Below are positions 1-9,598 of a DNA stretch of 26,449 nt, piece after piece. Below the pieces are notes generated by a model. It was not told the origin of the DNA, searched no databases, and was given only the letters and a program-made list of their open reading frames with translations. The position numbers and the translations under genes were made by a program. Each line of letters starts with the position of its first letter. The first letter of the stretch is position 1. This DNA comes from Fidelibacterota bacterium (GTDB lineage Bacteria > Fidelibacterota > UBA2242). The stretch spans positions 1 through 26,449 of the forward strand of contig JAUSPJ010000271.1 of NCBI GenBank assembly GCA_030655795.1, in the 5' to 3' direction.

Positions 1-1602
1 GTCTTTGGGACCATACAGTTTAATTGCCAGGTCGATGACCGGATCATCAAGGGATTCCATTTCCGCCGCAGTTTTATTGTATAACTCTTTTGCATAATCG
101 GCATCTTTAAGACCGGTTTTGGTGAATGTGTGATCCATCCAATCTTCAATGGAATCGGAACCCCGTAGAATGTAATCCAATTCCGTTATCCGCTGCTCCT
201 CCGGAAGCGATGCCGCTTGATTCAGCGCACGAATCATCATGATTTTTTCAAAAGGTTCATAGACACGCAGATGGGCATAATCGATTTTATCGATACTTTC
301 CTTAACCCGTTTTTCTGAAAATTCCGGACGACGTTCGGATTCCGGTTTGGCGCGCTCGCGGGCAACTTCGTAAGCTTTGGCAGCCAGATTATAAAGAACA
401 CCGCTGGTGTATCCCCCGAAGTTTTTTAATGCTTCATCATAATCGAAGTTTTCTTCCAGAATTGCATACTGAGCCGCAATATTTTCAATGACGTCTCCGA
501 ACTGATTCTTTAGTTTTCGTTTGGAATTGATAAAACTCATCAGTTCATTTTCAAAACGTTGTTTATTTTCGATAAAACCGGACTTTTGCATGCCGTCTAT
601 ATTGCCCTGGTAATTTTTCATTGTATTGTTGATTCCCGAATCATAGCTGGCGAGCTTGAGTTTGGCATCAGGATTCTCCTCACTCAATTGGGTAATGACA
701 TCCAGAATGCTCTGAAAGCGTTTTACGGATGGAATATAATTCCGGTTCAGATTCCAATCCACCGAATACGAGCTTCTATAACGCATGGTTCCTCCGGGAA
801 ACCCCAGAATAAATGTTATATCATCGGGTTTTAAGTCAGATCTAGCCATCTTTAAATAATTCGGGGATTTAACAGGAATGTTTTCCAGACTGTATTTCGC
901 TCCGGAACCATCGGGCGCCTGATAGACTCTCAGATAGGTAAAATCACCGGTATGCCGTGGCCACATCCAGTTATCGACATCGCCGCCGTAATTTCCGATG
1001 GCGGAGGGCGGTGCGAACACGATCCGCACATCCTGGTATTTATTAAACAAATATTTGACATACTGTTTACCGTTATAGTTGGTAGCAATGTAACAGTATC
1101 GGTCCTCGCGATCATTCTCCGCTTCCTTTTCCATGTCGGTAATCATCTGCTCGATTTTCTTCTCTTTTTCAGTCAGATCCTCAATGCCTTTAACACTTTT
1201 TAGAATTACATCTGTTACATCGGCCATGCTCTTTAAAACAAAGGCATACTGACCAATCGCCGGTAATTCCTTTTCCTTACTCCCGGCCAGAAATCCATCT
1301 GTAATATAATCGACGCCATCTTTTGCAGAATTTCGCTGTAATGCTCCGTAAGCACAGTGATGATTCGTTAATATCAGACCGTCGGGAGATACAAAAGAAG
1401 CCGAGCAGCCGCCGAGCCAGACAATAGCATCGCTAAGTGACGGTTTGCCGGAACTGTAAATTTCTTCGGCTGTTATTTGAAATCCTTCCTCAGCTAAATT
1501 CAGATCCGGTAACTGAGACAGCAACCACATGCCTTCTTCGGCTTGAATATTCAATACAAACAACAGGCAGAAAATCCCAATCAATAAATACTTGTTTATC
1601 AT
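1..1602 (-). CDS. S46 family dipeptidyl peptidase (DPP7/DPP11-like), secreted; 3' part lies beyond the window edge
   Basis: Hand translation from ATG at 1602, with AGGAGG at 1608-1613 on the minus strand: MINKYLLIGIFCLLFVLNIQA (signal peptide), then EEGMW and GGCSASFVSPDGLILTNHHCAYG, typical of the S46 N-terminus with the catalytic His. In frame at position 1 (…DDPVIDLAIKLYGPKD). Absent from the ORF track because no stop codon falls in the window. Confidence 0.92.
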   Translation of the reverse strand, partial: MINKYLLIGIFCLLFVLNIQAEEGMWLLSQLPDLNLAEEGFQITAEEIYSSGKPSLSDAIVWLGGCSASFVSPDGLILTNHHCAYGALQRNSAKDGVDYITDGFLAGSKEKELPAIGQYAFVLKSMADVTDVILKSVKGIEDLTEKEKKIEQMITDMEKEAENDREDRYCYIATNYNGKQYVKYLFNKYQDVRIVFAPPSAIGNYGGDVDNWMWPRHTGDFTYLRVYQAPDGSGAKYSLENIPVKSPNYLKMARSDLKPDDITFILGFPGGTMRYRSSYSVDWNLNRNYIPSVKRFQSILDVITQLSEENPDAKLKLASYDSGINNTMKNYQGNIDGMQKSGFIENKQRFENELMSFINSKRKLKNQFGDVIENIAAQYAILEENFDYDEALKNFGGYTSGVLYNLAAKAYEVARERAKPESERRPEFSEKRVKESIDKIDYAHLRVYEPFEKIMMIRALNQAASLPEEQRITELDYILRGSDSIEDWMDHTFTKTGLKDADYAKELYNKTAAEMESLDDPVIDLAIKLYGPKD

Positions 1603-1769
1603 TTAATCCTCCTACTAATCAATACTTAATCTAACTGATTTTCACTAATTGACAAAGTTACAAAAAAGGTCTGTGATGGCTCGGATTACAAATATCAGAA
1701 AATCATTGTGATTGAAACCAAAAAATCATTTTAGTATCTAAGAAAATGAAAATTCTGGTTGTTGATGTA

Positions 1770-2006
1770 ATGGAAGAACGAAAACCGAACATGCCGCTGC
1801 TGGGCGATCTGTTTCCTGAACTGAAAAATGTTAAAACAACTCACGGCTTGATGAACCTGCCTGACGATCTGAAGGGATCGTGGTTTGTACTGTTCGGCGA
1901 CCGGATTATCGTTCCGCCTCCAGGCAGCATCAAGGAAGCCGAAGAACGGCTGAAAAAATACGAAGGTTACGACTGGTGGTTTTGTCATAAACCGCTGGAA
2001 AAATAG
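1770..2006 (+). pseudogene. Peroxiredoxin (TDXH/Prx6-like) with an in-frame internal deletion of the catalytic core
   Basis: The N-terminal block [35 protein letters not shown] is joined directly to the C-terminal block [34 protein letters not shown]. The intervening SHPADFTPVCTTE motif with the peroxidatic Cys is absent. Start is ATG 1770 or 1746. Confidence 0.85.
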
Positions 2007-2028
2007 CACACTCATTACATTAGTGTCG

Positions 2029-2061
2029 GGGCATATGATCAATTGATTGTATGCCCTTTTT
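2029..2061 (+). terminator. Intrinsic terminator after the peroxiredoxin remnant
   Basis: GGGCATATGATC-AATT-GATTGTATGCCC forms a 12-bp stem with 2 G-U pairs, followed by TTTTT. Confidence 0.8.
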
Positions 2062-2072
2062 ATTAAATTTTC

Positions 2073-2101
2073 TTGCAAACTGTTTTCGAATTGCTTATAA
2101 T
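2073..2101 (+). promoter_or_regulatory. Sigma70-type promoter of the trp operon
   Basis: TTGCAA (2073-2078), 17-nt spacer, TATAAT (2096-2101), located 18 nt before the leader-peptide ATG. Confidence 0.8.
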
Positions 2102-2119
2102 TGCCCGACAGTTGAGAAT

Positions 2120-2209
2120 ATGATGAAAATGAAAAATCAAAAACTAAATCAGAACTGGTGGTGGGAAAAGTTAAGAAAGTGGCATTTCCCCGGACATGAC
2201 GATGAATAA
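2120..2209 (+). CDS. trpL: trp operon leader peptide, 29 aa: MMKMKNQKLNQNWWWEKLRKWHFPGHDDE
   Basis: Three tandem TGG codons at 2156-2164 and a fourth at 2180-2182, lying between the promoter and the attenuator upstream of trpE. The start could also be ATG 2123 or 2129. Confidence 0.9.
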   Translation: MMKMKNQKLNQNWWWEKLRKWHFPGHDDE

Positions 2210-2273
2210 GTAAAAGACCTTTACAGAATAAATTCAGACCCGCCGGCGAAATGCCAGGCGGGTTTTTTGTTTT
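2163..2273 (+). promoter_or_regulatory. Transcription attenuator (protector, antiterminator and terminator hairpins)
   Basis: 1:2 hairpin GGGAAA 2163-2168 with TTTCCC 2185-2190. 2:3 hairpin TGGCATTTCCCCGG 2180-2193 with CCGGCGAAATGCCA 2243-2256 (13 of 14 complementary). 3:4 hairpin ACCCGCC-GGC-GAAAT-GCC-A-GGCGGGT 2238-2263, followed by a T-rich tract. Confidence 0.88.
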
Positions 2274-2297
2274 GTATAGTAACAAAACGAGACATTT

Positions 2298-3776
2298 ATG
2301 AATTATGAAACATTTAAAAAATTTTCCAGACCGGGCTTGATCATTCCGGTCTATCGAAAATTCAACGCTGATTTCATCACACCAGTGATAGCTTACCTAA
2401 AAATACGGGAAGCCGGTAAACACTCCTTTCTACTGGAAAGTGTTATCCGCGGCGAACAGGTCGGGCGCTATTCTTTCCTGAGCCAGGAACCGTACCTGAT
2501 TCAGAAATTCACCGATAATAAGACGATCACGATCGCCGATCATAAGAACAAGATCCACAAAGAAGATTTCTTCGATCTGCTGCAGCATCAACTGAAGGAT
2601 TATGATTTACTGTTGACTGAAGAGCTGCCGCGCTTTACCTGCGGTGCAGTGGGCTATGTTGGCTATGAGATGATCGGTCAGATTGAAAAACTGCCTGAGC
2701 CGAAAATCGATGTGATTGGCACTGACGATGCGCTCTTCGGATTTTATAATCAGCTAATCGCCTTCGATCATTTGAAAAATGAGGTCATCCTGATTGCCAA
2801 TGTTTTTATTAATGAAAACAGCGATGATTATCAGCTCTTCCAGGAAGCCCAAAACCGACTGGATCACCTGCAGGATAAATTGAACAGACCATTCGATAAT
2901 TCACTGGAATTTAAGGCGGATTGGAAAACAGAGGGAGCCAATTTTACAAAAAATGATTTCCTAAAAGCTGTCGAGAAATCCAGAGAGTATATTTTTGCCG
3001 GAGATATCTTTCAGACAGTAATTTCTCAGCGTTTTTCAGTAGCCTATAGCGGTGATTCCTTTCAGGTCTATCGGACATTGCGGAATATCAATCCATCCCC
3101 CTATATGTTTTACCTCGATTTTCTGGATTATCAGGTAATTGGTTCATCGCCGGAGCCTATCATCCGGGCAGAAGATGGCGAGCTGGAGATCATACCTCTC
3201 GCCGGTACCCGTCAGCGTGGCGAGGATAAAAATGAAGATGAAGCGCTGGCTGAAAATTTACTGAAAGATCCCAAAGAACTCGCCGAACACGTGATGCTGG
3301 TGGACCTTGCCAGAAATGATGTCGGGCGAATTTCTGAATACGGTAGCGTCAAAGTAAAAGACTTCAAGACCATCCAAAAGTACTCGCATGTCATGCACAT
3401 TATTTCCAGAGTTACCGGAAAATTGCGGAAAGGTTTGACCGTTGTAGACGCGTTTAAATCGGCTTTTCCGGCGGGAACAGTCTCAGGCGCACCCAAGATT
3501 CGGGCAATGGAAATCATTAATGAACTGGAGCCGCAAAAGCGGGGTATTTATGCCGGTGCAATCGGCTATTTCAACTATGGCGGCAACATGGATCTGTGTA
3601 TCGGAATTCGCACTATCGTAGCCAGCAGGGATCGCATGTACTATCAGGCAGGCGCCGGGATTGTCGCGGATAGCATTCCCGAAAACGAATATCAGGAAAC
3701 CTTAAATAAGTGCAAAGCCCTGCGCCGTGCAATCGAGCAGGCAGACGGAGGGATCAATGATTTTATTTATCGATAA
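2298..3776 (+). CDS. trpE: Anthranilate synthase component I
   Basis: LLES and NPSPYM Trp-feedback motifs, EHVMLVDLARND, FPAGTVSGAPK and AGAGIVADS; first gene of the trp cluster. Confidence 0.96.
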   Translation: MNYETFKKFSRPGLIIPVYRKFNADFITPVIAYLKIREAGKHSFLLESVIRGEQVGRYSFLSQEPYLIQKFTDNKTITIADHKNKIHKEDFFDLLQHQLKDYDLLLTEELPRFTCGAVGYVGYEMIGQIEKLPEPKIDVIGTDDALFGFYNQLIAFDHLKNEVILIANVFINENSDDYQLFQEAQNRLDHLQDKLNRPFDNSLEFKADWKTEGANFTKNDFLKAVEKSREYIFAGDIFQTVISQRFSVAYSGDSFQVYRTLRNINPSPYMFYLDFLDYQVIGSSPEPIIRAEDGELEIIPLAGTRQRGEDKNEDEALAENLLKDPKELAEHVMLVDLARNDVGRISEYGSVKVKDFKTIQKYSHVMHIISRVTGKLRKGLTVVDAFKSAFPAGTVSGAPKIRAMEIINELEPQKRGIYAGAIGYFNYGGNMDLCIGIRTIVASRDRMYYQAGAGIVADSIPENEYQETLNKCKALRRAIEQADGGINDFIYR

Positions 3777-4344
3777 TTATGACTCCTTTACCTATAACCT
3801 CGTGGATTATATCGGGCAGATGGAACCCGATATGCAGGTCGTTCGCAACGATCAGATCGATGTCGCTGAAATAGGGAAACTAAATCCAGACGGAATCGTT
3901 ATTTCCCCTGGTCCCGGTTCGCCAGATGACGCGGGTATTTCCTGCGACGTCATTAAAACCTATCACCGGACAGTTCCCATTTTGGGCGTATGTCTGGGTT
4001 TTCAAGCCATTGGCCAGGTTTTCGGTGCCAGAATTATCCGGGCGCCGTTTCCCGTTCATGGTAAAACCTCGGCTATCCAGCACAATTGCCAGGGATTGTT
4101 CAAAGGAATCACATCTCCCATGGAAGCAACCCGTTATCATTCATTAATTATTGAACATGCAAGCTTATCCGATGAATTTATGATCAGCGCCGAAAGCGAA
4201 CACGGCCTGATTATGGCGATCGCACACAAAGAGCATCCGGTATACGGCGTTCAGTTTCATCCGGAATCCATTTTAACGCGCGACGGTATGACTTTATTAT
4301 GCAACTGGCTGGAAATTATCAAAGAATTTCGGAGGACATCATGA
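3757..4344 (+). CDS. trpG: Anthranilate synthase component II (class I glutamine amidotransferase)
   Basis: IDNYDSFTYNL, ISPGPG, GVCLG (catalytic Cys), RYHSL and QFHPES. Start reassigned to ATG 3757, which follows a GGAGGG RBS. Confidence 0.95.
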   Translation: MILFIDNYDSFTYNLVDYIGQMEPDMQVVRNDQIDVAEIGKLNPDGIVISPGPGSPDDAGISCDVIKTYHRTVPILGVCLGFQAIGQVFGARIIRAPFPVHGKTSAIQHNCQGLFKGITSPMEATRYHSLIIEHASLSDEFMISAESEHGLIMAIAHKEHPVYGVQFHPESILTRDGMTLLCNWLEIIKEFRRTS

Positions 4345-5366
4345 TAAAAGAACAACTGGAAAAAATTGCCCACAGCAGAGACCTTAGCAGAGATGAAGCT
4401 GCCAAGGTGTTACAGATGATTATCGATGAACAACTGACGGCAACGGAAATCGGTGCGTTTCTGTTTGGTCTCCGTATTAAGGGTGAATCGGTGGATGAAA
4501 TTCAGGGATTCATCGACACGATGCAACAGCATATGATAAAGGTAACGTTAGACGATCATAATGCTATTGACATTTGCGGAACCGGCGGTGATAATAAACA
4601 CTCATTTAATGTGTCCACAACGGCAGCCATTGTCATTGCCTCCGGAGATGTTTCTGTAGCCAAGCACGGTAACCGCTCGGTTTCTAGTAAAACCGGATCG
4701 GCTGATGTTCTGGAAATTCTGGGCGTCAGGATTGATCTTTCGCCGGAAAAAACCAAACAGTGCGTCGATGAAATCGGTTTTGGTTTCTTTTTTGCGCCCC
4801 TGTATCACCCGGCAATGAAAGCCGTCGTTCCCCATCGCAAAAATCTGGCAACCCGGACTGTTTTTAATATGCTCGGTCCCTTACTGAATCCAGCCGGTGT
4901 CAAACGTCAGCTGATCGGCACTTTCAACAGAGAAACCGCTCAAAAAACTGCTGCAGTCCTCAAACAGCGGAATTATTTGAAAGCCTGTGTCGTCCATAGC
5001 GATGATGGATTTGATGAGATTTCACCCTTTACTGATAACCGAATATTCGAAGTTGATAAAGATAAAACTGAAATTGATAGTTATATATTTACACCAGTTA
5101 AATATTCGGGTATCTTTAACGAGGAAGCGAGCGTTCAAGGCGGTGACGGCGAGCAAAATGCTATCATTACTTTATCGGTCCTGAGAGGCGAGAATGGTAT
5201 CCCAAGGGCAATGACCATCCTGAATGCTGCCTTTGGATTGTACGTCGGCGACAGAGTAAAAACTATCAATGACGGGATTTCCTTGGCGACTGAATTAATC
5301 GATAACGGCAACGCCATGATGAAACTGAATGAGGTTCGGGAATTCAGTAATGACCTGGCAAATTAA
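4341..5366 (+). CDS. trpD: Anthranilate phosphoribosyltransferase
   Basis: CGTGGD..SFNVST, AKHGNRSVSSKTGSAD and FNMLGPLLNP. Start reassigned to ATG 4341 (ATGA overlap with trpG, GGAGG upstream). Confidence 0.96.
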   Translation: MIKEQLEKIAHSRDLSRDEAAKVLQMIIDEQLTATEIGAFLFGLRIKGESVDEIQGFIDTMQQHMIKVTLDDHNAIDICGTGGDNKHSFNVSTTAAIVIASGDVSVAKHGNRSVSSKTGSADVLEILGVRIDLSPEKTKQCVDEIGFGFFFAPLYHPAMKAVVPHRKNLATRTVFNMLGPLLNPAGVKRQLIGTFNRETAQKTAAVLKQRNYLKACVVHSDDGFDEISPFTDNRIFEVDKDKTEIDSYIFTPVKYSGIFNEEASVQGGDGEQNAIITLSVLRGENGIPRAMTILNAAFGLYVGDRVKTINDGISLATELIDNGNAMMKLNEVREFSNDLAN

Positions 5367-5375
5367 GGATAAAGC

Positions 5376-6173
5376 ATGACGATTCTCGACGAAATAATTA
5401 CACATAAGAGATCGGAACTGGAGGCTTTAAAATCTCACATCCCCGTTGAATTTTATCAGAATGCCATCGTCAATTTGCCAAGGACAAAGAGTCTTCGCCG
5501 GAAATTGGACATGAGCAGAGATTTTTACTTTATCTGTGAAATCAAAAAAGCATCGCCATCCCAGGGCATTATCCAGGCGAATTTCGATCCCATCAAGCAA
5601 GCACAACAATATGTTGAAGCAAAGGCAGATGCCATTTCAATTCTGACTGACGAGAAATATTTTTTGGGCAAACTCGACTACCTTAAGGAAATTCGGAAAA
5701 CCGTCGATTTGCCCCTGCTGCGCAAAGACTTCATCATCGATCCCTATCAGATTTATGAATCCCGTTACCATGGTGCTGATCTGATCCTGTTGATTGCCCG
5801 GGTTTTGACAAAGAAACAGATCCTCGAATTTTCTAATCTTGCGGCGGCGTTAAAAATGGAAGTTCTGCTCGAACTGGCAGATGCTAATGACTTAGACAAA
5901 ATTCCTGCAGCTGATCAACATATTATTCTAGGCATCAACAACCGGAATCTGCTTACTTTTAATGTCAGTCTTGAAAATTCATTGCGGCTGAAACCATTGC
6001 TGCCCGAGGGATTACCAGTTATCAGCGAGAGCGGAATTTTAACAGCGATGGATTGTAAGTTGCTTTATGAAATTGGCTTTGCCGGTGCATTGATCGGTGA
6101 ATCGCTGATGCGGGCAGCTTCCCCGAAAGCGCTGCTCGATGAATTCAGAAAGGGAATTACCAATGCCGGTTAA
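5376..6173 (+). CDS. trpC: Indole-3-glycerol phosphate synthase
   Basis: EIKKASPSQG, LLRKDFIIDPYQI, GINNRNL and SESGI. Confidence 0.96.
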   Translation: MTILDEIITHKRSELEALKSHIPVEFYQNAIVNLPRTKSLRRKLDMSRDFYFICEIKKASPSQGIIQANFDPIKQAQQYVEAKADAISILTDEKYFLGKLDYLKEIRKTVDLPLLRKDFIIDPYQIYESRYHGADLILLIARVLTKKQILEFSNLAAALKMEVLLELADANDLDKIPAADQHIILGINNRNLLTFNVSLENSLRLKPLLPEGLPVISESGILTAMDCKLLYEIGFAGALIGESLMRAASPKALLDEFRKGITNAG

Positions 6174-6783
6174 ACTTAAAATTTGTGGGATCACTACCCT
6201 GGCGGACGCACAGATGGCAGTTGAGTTAGGTGTGGACTGGCTCGGATTCAATTTTTATCCTAAAAGTCCACGGTATATTGATCCGTTAAAAGCAGCGGAA
6301 ATTATAAAAAAACTACCAGACCATATCCAAAGCATCGGAATTCTGGTACAGCCAACACTGTCTGAGATAAATGAAATTATTCAGATCGCTCAAATCCAGC
6401 GACTACAGATTTATGAGCCTATGGATTTCAGCGACCTGTCCATTTTACCAATTCCGTCAATTATCTGCCATCGAATATCGGATAATCAAAATAAATCCTA
6501 CGACTTTATGAATGCCGATATGATATTGCTGGACAATCATTCTAAAAACGCTTTCGGCGGCACTGGTAAAGCCTTCGACTGGGCGAATATCCCGGCAAAT
6601 ATTCCAAGGGATAAACTGATTCTCACGGGAGGGATTACTCCGCAAAATATCAGTCAGGCGCTGGAAACCGTAGATCCGGCTGTCATTGATGTAGCCAGCG
6701 GTTCGGAGCTGTCACCCGGCAAGAAAGATCATGATAAAATTAAAATATTAGTCGAAAAAGTGAGAGAATTTAACAGGAAATAA
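6163..6783 (+). CDS. trpF: Phosphoribosylanthranilate isomerase
   Basis: KICGIT, GFNF..SPR, LLD....FGGTG..FDW and IDVASG. ATG 6163 preferred as start; overlaps the end of trpC. Confidence 0.93.
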   Translation: MPVKLKICGITTLADAQMAVELGVDWLGFNFYPKSPRYIDPLKAAEIIKKLPDHIQSIGILVQPTLSEINEIIQIAQIQRLQIYEPMDFSDLSILPIPSIICHRISDNQNKSYDFMNADMILLDNHSKNAFGGTGKAFDWANIPANIPRDKLILTGGITPQNISQALETVDPAVIDVASGSELSPGKKDHDKIKILVEKVREFNRK

Positions 6784-6786
6784 ACC

Positions 6787-7989
6787 ATGACTCGATTCAA
6801 CAAAATTGGTTATTTCGGTGAATATGGCGGTCAGTTTATCCCCGAGATATTGCGACCGGCTTTAATAGAACTGGAAGACGCCTACAATAAACTAAAAGAT
6901 GATCCGCAATTTCAGCAGAAGTTCAAAGAAGAGCTGCATGACTATGCCGGTCGACCGACAGCGCTGTACTTTGCCGAAAACCTGACGAAGCACTTCCAAA
7001 AAGCAAAAATTTATCTGAAACGTGAAGACCTGAATCATACGGGCGCGCATAAAATTAACAACGCTATCGGGCAGATATTACTGGCACAGTACATGAATAA
7101 AAAACGCATTATCGCCGAAACCGGCGCTGGTCAGCATGGCGTCGCAACAGCTACTGTCGCTGCCCGGGCTGGACTGGAGTGCTGCATCTATATGGGTGCA
7201 GAGGATATCGAGCGTCAGCACCCCAATGTTCAGCGGATGCGCCTGCTGGGGGCAGAGGTGAAACCCGTTCACTCCGGCACGGCTACCCTAAAAGACGCCA
7301 CCAATGAAGCTATGCGGGATTGGCTGGCTAATGTAAAAACCACGCATTATATCATTGGATCGGTCGTTGGTCCCCACCCATTTCCCATGATTGTCCGGGA
7401 CTTTCAGAAAATCATTGGCGAGGAAACCCGTGCACAGATTCAGAAAAAAGAAAATCATCTGCCCGATTACATTCTTGCCTGTGTCGGTGGCGGCAGTAAT
7501 GCTATCGGAATATTTCATCCGTTTCTTGAAGATGCAGAGGTGAAATTGATCGGTGTCGAGGCAGCCGGTCTGGGCATTGACAGTCATCAACATGCGGCAA
7601 CTCTGGGCAGAGGATCATGCGGGATATTCCATGGCATGAAAACCTACATCCTTCAAAATGCCGACGGACAGATTCAATTACCCTACTCCCTGTCTGCCGG
7701 GCTGGATTACCCCGGTGTCGGACCGGAACACAGTTATTTATTCAATAGCAAACGTGTCGAATACAATTCTGTGACTGACCAAGAAGCACTGAATGCCGTG
7801 GCACTTTTAAGTCGTATTGAAGGGATTATCCCGGCACTCGAATCGGCTCACGCCCTGGCTTATCTCAATTACCTGATGCCAAAAACACAGAAGGAAGAGA
7901 TCGTTATAGTCAATCTCAGTGGCCGCGGTGATAAAGACATGGACATCTATATTACTCACATTTGTGAAGCGGAGAAGAATAAACAATGA
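6787..7989 (+). CDS. trpB: Tryptophan synthase beta chain
   Basis: [15 protein letters not shown] (PLP Lys), [30 protein letters not shown] and NLSGRGDKD. Confidence 0.98.
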   Translation: MTRFNKIGYFGEYGGQFIPEILRPALIELEDAYNKLKDDPQFQQKFKEELHDYAGRPTALYFAENLTKHFQKAKIYLKREDLNHTGAHKINNAIGQILLAQYMNKKRIIAETGAGQHGVATATVAARAGLECCIYMGAEDIERQHPNVQRMRLLGAEVKPVHSGTATLKDATNEAMRDWLANVKTTHYIIGSVVGPHPFPMIVRDFQKIIGEETRAQIQKKENHLPDYILACVGGGSNAIGIFHPFLEDAEVKLIGVEAAGLGIDSHQHAATLGRGSCGIFHGMKTYILQNADGQIQLPYSLSAGLDYPGVGPEHSYLFNSKRVEYNSVTDQEALNAVALLSRIEGIIPALESAHALAYLNYLMPKTQKEEIVIVNLSGRGDKDMDIYITHICEAEKNKQ

Positions 7990-8768
7990 GTAAAATATTT
8001 AACCAAATCCTGACATCTAAAAAACAGCAAAACGAAAAGTATCTTTCCATATTCCTGACCGCCGGATTTCCGGAAAAAGACGATACGGTCGACATCATCC
8101 TGCAACTGGCCGAAAACGGTGTTGATTTTATTGAATTGGGAATTCCCTTTTCCGATCCCATTGCTGATGGGCCAGTAATCCAAAAAGCCTCAGACAAAGC
8201 CCTGACAAACGGCATTAGGCTGAAAGATGTGTTAAACATCGTAAAAAAGGTCAGAGAATCATCGGACATACCTGTTATCCTGATGGGTTACCTGAATCCA
8301 ATTCATACAATGGGTATAGAAATGTTTTTAAATAATGCTAAAGAAGCGGGCGTTGACGGCCTGATCATACCGGATTGGCCTTATGAAGAAAGTCACCTTT
8401 ATTTAGAGCAGATGCAGCGTGCGGATATTGATCTGATTCACCTGATTGCACCAAATACGCCCAAAACAAGAATCCGGGAAATTGACACTATCAGTACGTC
8501 CTTTATCTATTGTGTGGCATATACCGGCGTCACCGGTCAGGATAACAGACCAACCCGGAGAACAACTGAATTTTTTAAGTATCTAAACCAAACCCTGAAA
8601 CATCCCTGGATTATCGGATTCGGAGTAAATAACCACCGGGATTTTCAACTATATACACAATATTCCGACGGCGTGATTATCGGTTCCGCCTTTATTCAAC
8701 TCCTGGAAACAACCCCGGCATCTGCCCGCATAGCCGCCATCCGGTCATTTATCAGAGGTGTCAAATAA
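7986..8768 (+). CDS. trpA: Tryptophan synthase alpha chain
   Basis: [22 protein letters not shown] and [11 protein letters not shown]; ATGA overlap with trpB. Confidence 0.97.
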   Translation: MSKIFNQILTSKKQQNEKYLSIFLTAGFPEKDDTVDIILQLAENGVDFIELGIPFSDPIADGPVIQKASDKALTNGIRLKDVLNIVKKVRESSDIPVILMGYLNPIHTMGIEMFLNNAKEAGVDGLIIPDWPYEESHLYLEQMQRADIDLIHLIAPNTPKTRIREIDTISTSFIYCVAYTGVTGQDNRPTRRTTEFFKYLNQTLKHPWIIGFGVNNHRDFQLYTQYSDGVIIGSAFIQLLETTPASARIAAIRSFIRGVK

Positions 8769-8771
8769 TCC

Positions 8772-8810
8772 TTCAAGAAGATTTAAAACTAACTTCTTCT
8801 TGAATATTTT
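8772..8810 (+). terminator. Possible terminator of the trp operon
   Basis: Perfect 10-bp inverted repeat TTCAAGAAGA (8772-8781) / TCTTCTTGAA (8795-8804) with a 13-nt loop, followed by TATTTT. The stem is AT-rich, so it is only moderately convincing. Confidence 0.45.
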
Positions 8811-8849
8811 GTTATAATTGTGTAAATATAATCATTGCCGGAAGGGTTT

Positions 8850-9218
8850 ATGAAAAATCAATTGCGAAATTTTATCGAAATCCTCAAACTGGAACTGGAC
8901 GACCTGCAGGATGATATTCATTCTCTCAAGAAAATCTGCGAGCGCAAACTGAAAGATGGTCTGATTACCAATTACGTTCAAATGGAAAATATGGCACTCT
9001 ATGATAATGAGCTCCATGCAATAAATTCCTTCCGTAATATCCTAAATGAAACCAATCCCGAAAACTTCGATTCACTAGAAAAACTGGTGTTTCACCTGGA
9101 TGAAAATTTCAAAGCCACAATGAAGTCCTGCGCTTACGCCAAAGCCGGGCATATCTGCATCGAGCGCAAGATGCTGAAAGTGGCGAAGTATGTTCGGGGC
9201 GATGGATTCTCAAATTGA
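8850..9218 (+). CDS. Hypothetical protein, about 122 aa, predicted alpha-helical
   Basis: Clean ORF with GAAGGG before ATG 8850, amphipathic helical pattern (LKLELDDLQDDIHSL), filling the gap between trpA and the repeats. No family recognised. Confidence 0.7.
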   Translation: MKNQLRNFIEILKLELDDLQDDIHSLKKICERKLKDGLITNYVQMENMALYDNELHAINSFRNILNETNPENFDSLEKLVFHLDENFKATMKSCAYAKAGHICIERKMLKVAKYVRGDGFSN

Positions 9219-9264
9219 AATATTAAAGGTAAAAGGAAAAATTAAAAAGTATAATACCTCATTC

Positions 9265-9357
9265 GTCATCTCGCATCCCCGATTCATCGGGGTGAGAGAT
9301 CGGGTAAGACAAATACACAGGTCTTAACCGATTTTTCATCGTCCCGACACAGGTCGG
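9265..9357. repeat. REP-like palindromic unit, with its second half truncated by the IS
   Basis: GTCATCTCG-CAT-CCCCGAT-TC-ATCGGGG-T-GAGAGATC (9265-9301), a spacer hairpin GGTAAGAC/GTCTTAACC, then GATTTTTCATCGTC-CCGAC-ACAG-GTCGG ending at the IS left end. Confidence 0.7.
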
Positions 9358-9598
9358 CAATTTTATCATATAAATTAATTTGCCAAAAATTCGATATATA
9401 ATAATGAATATGCAGGATAAATCAGTACAATATTGAGGTAAAGGACAAATTAAATATGACGGTTATTATAGATAATCGTTTTATTGAATTTTTGAGATTA
9501 TCATAAATTTCATATTTACGCCTCCTTTTGTTTGGACATGTGTTATACTTTTTATTTGCTAAAAATACTATTTTGCAGAAATAACCGCCATATATTAA

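Noticed and set aside
559-1634. Small track ORFs in 559-1634
   Set aside because: All overlap the S46 peptidase reading frame and are shadow ORFs.
1701-1713. AATCA-TTG-TGATT palindrome before the peroxiredoxin as an oxidative-stress operator
   Set aside because: Too short in an AT-rich context, and it does not match PerR, Fur or OxyR consensus well.
1731-2285. 184-aa minus-strand ORF
   Set aside because: It is antisense to the peroxiredoxin remnant, trp promoter and attenuator, with no recognisable motifs.
2102-2297. T-box or TRAP-type regulation of trp
   Set aside because: No T-box sequence or (G/U)AG repeat series is present; the leader-peptide model explains the region.
6400-6420. TrpF QIYE in place of the usual QLHG as a sign of pseudogenisation
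   Set aside because: The catalytic Cys (KICG) and Asp (LLD) are present and the ORF is full length.
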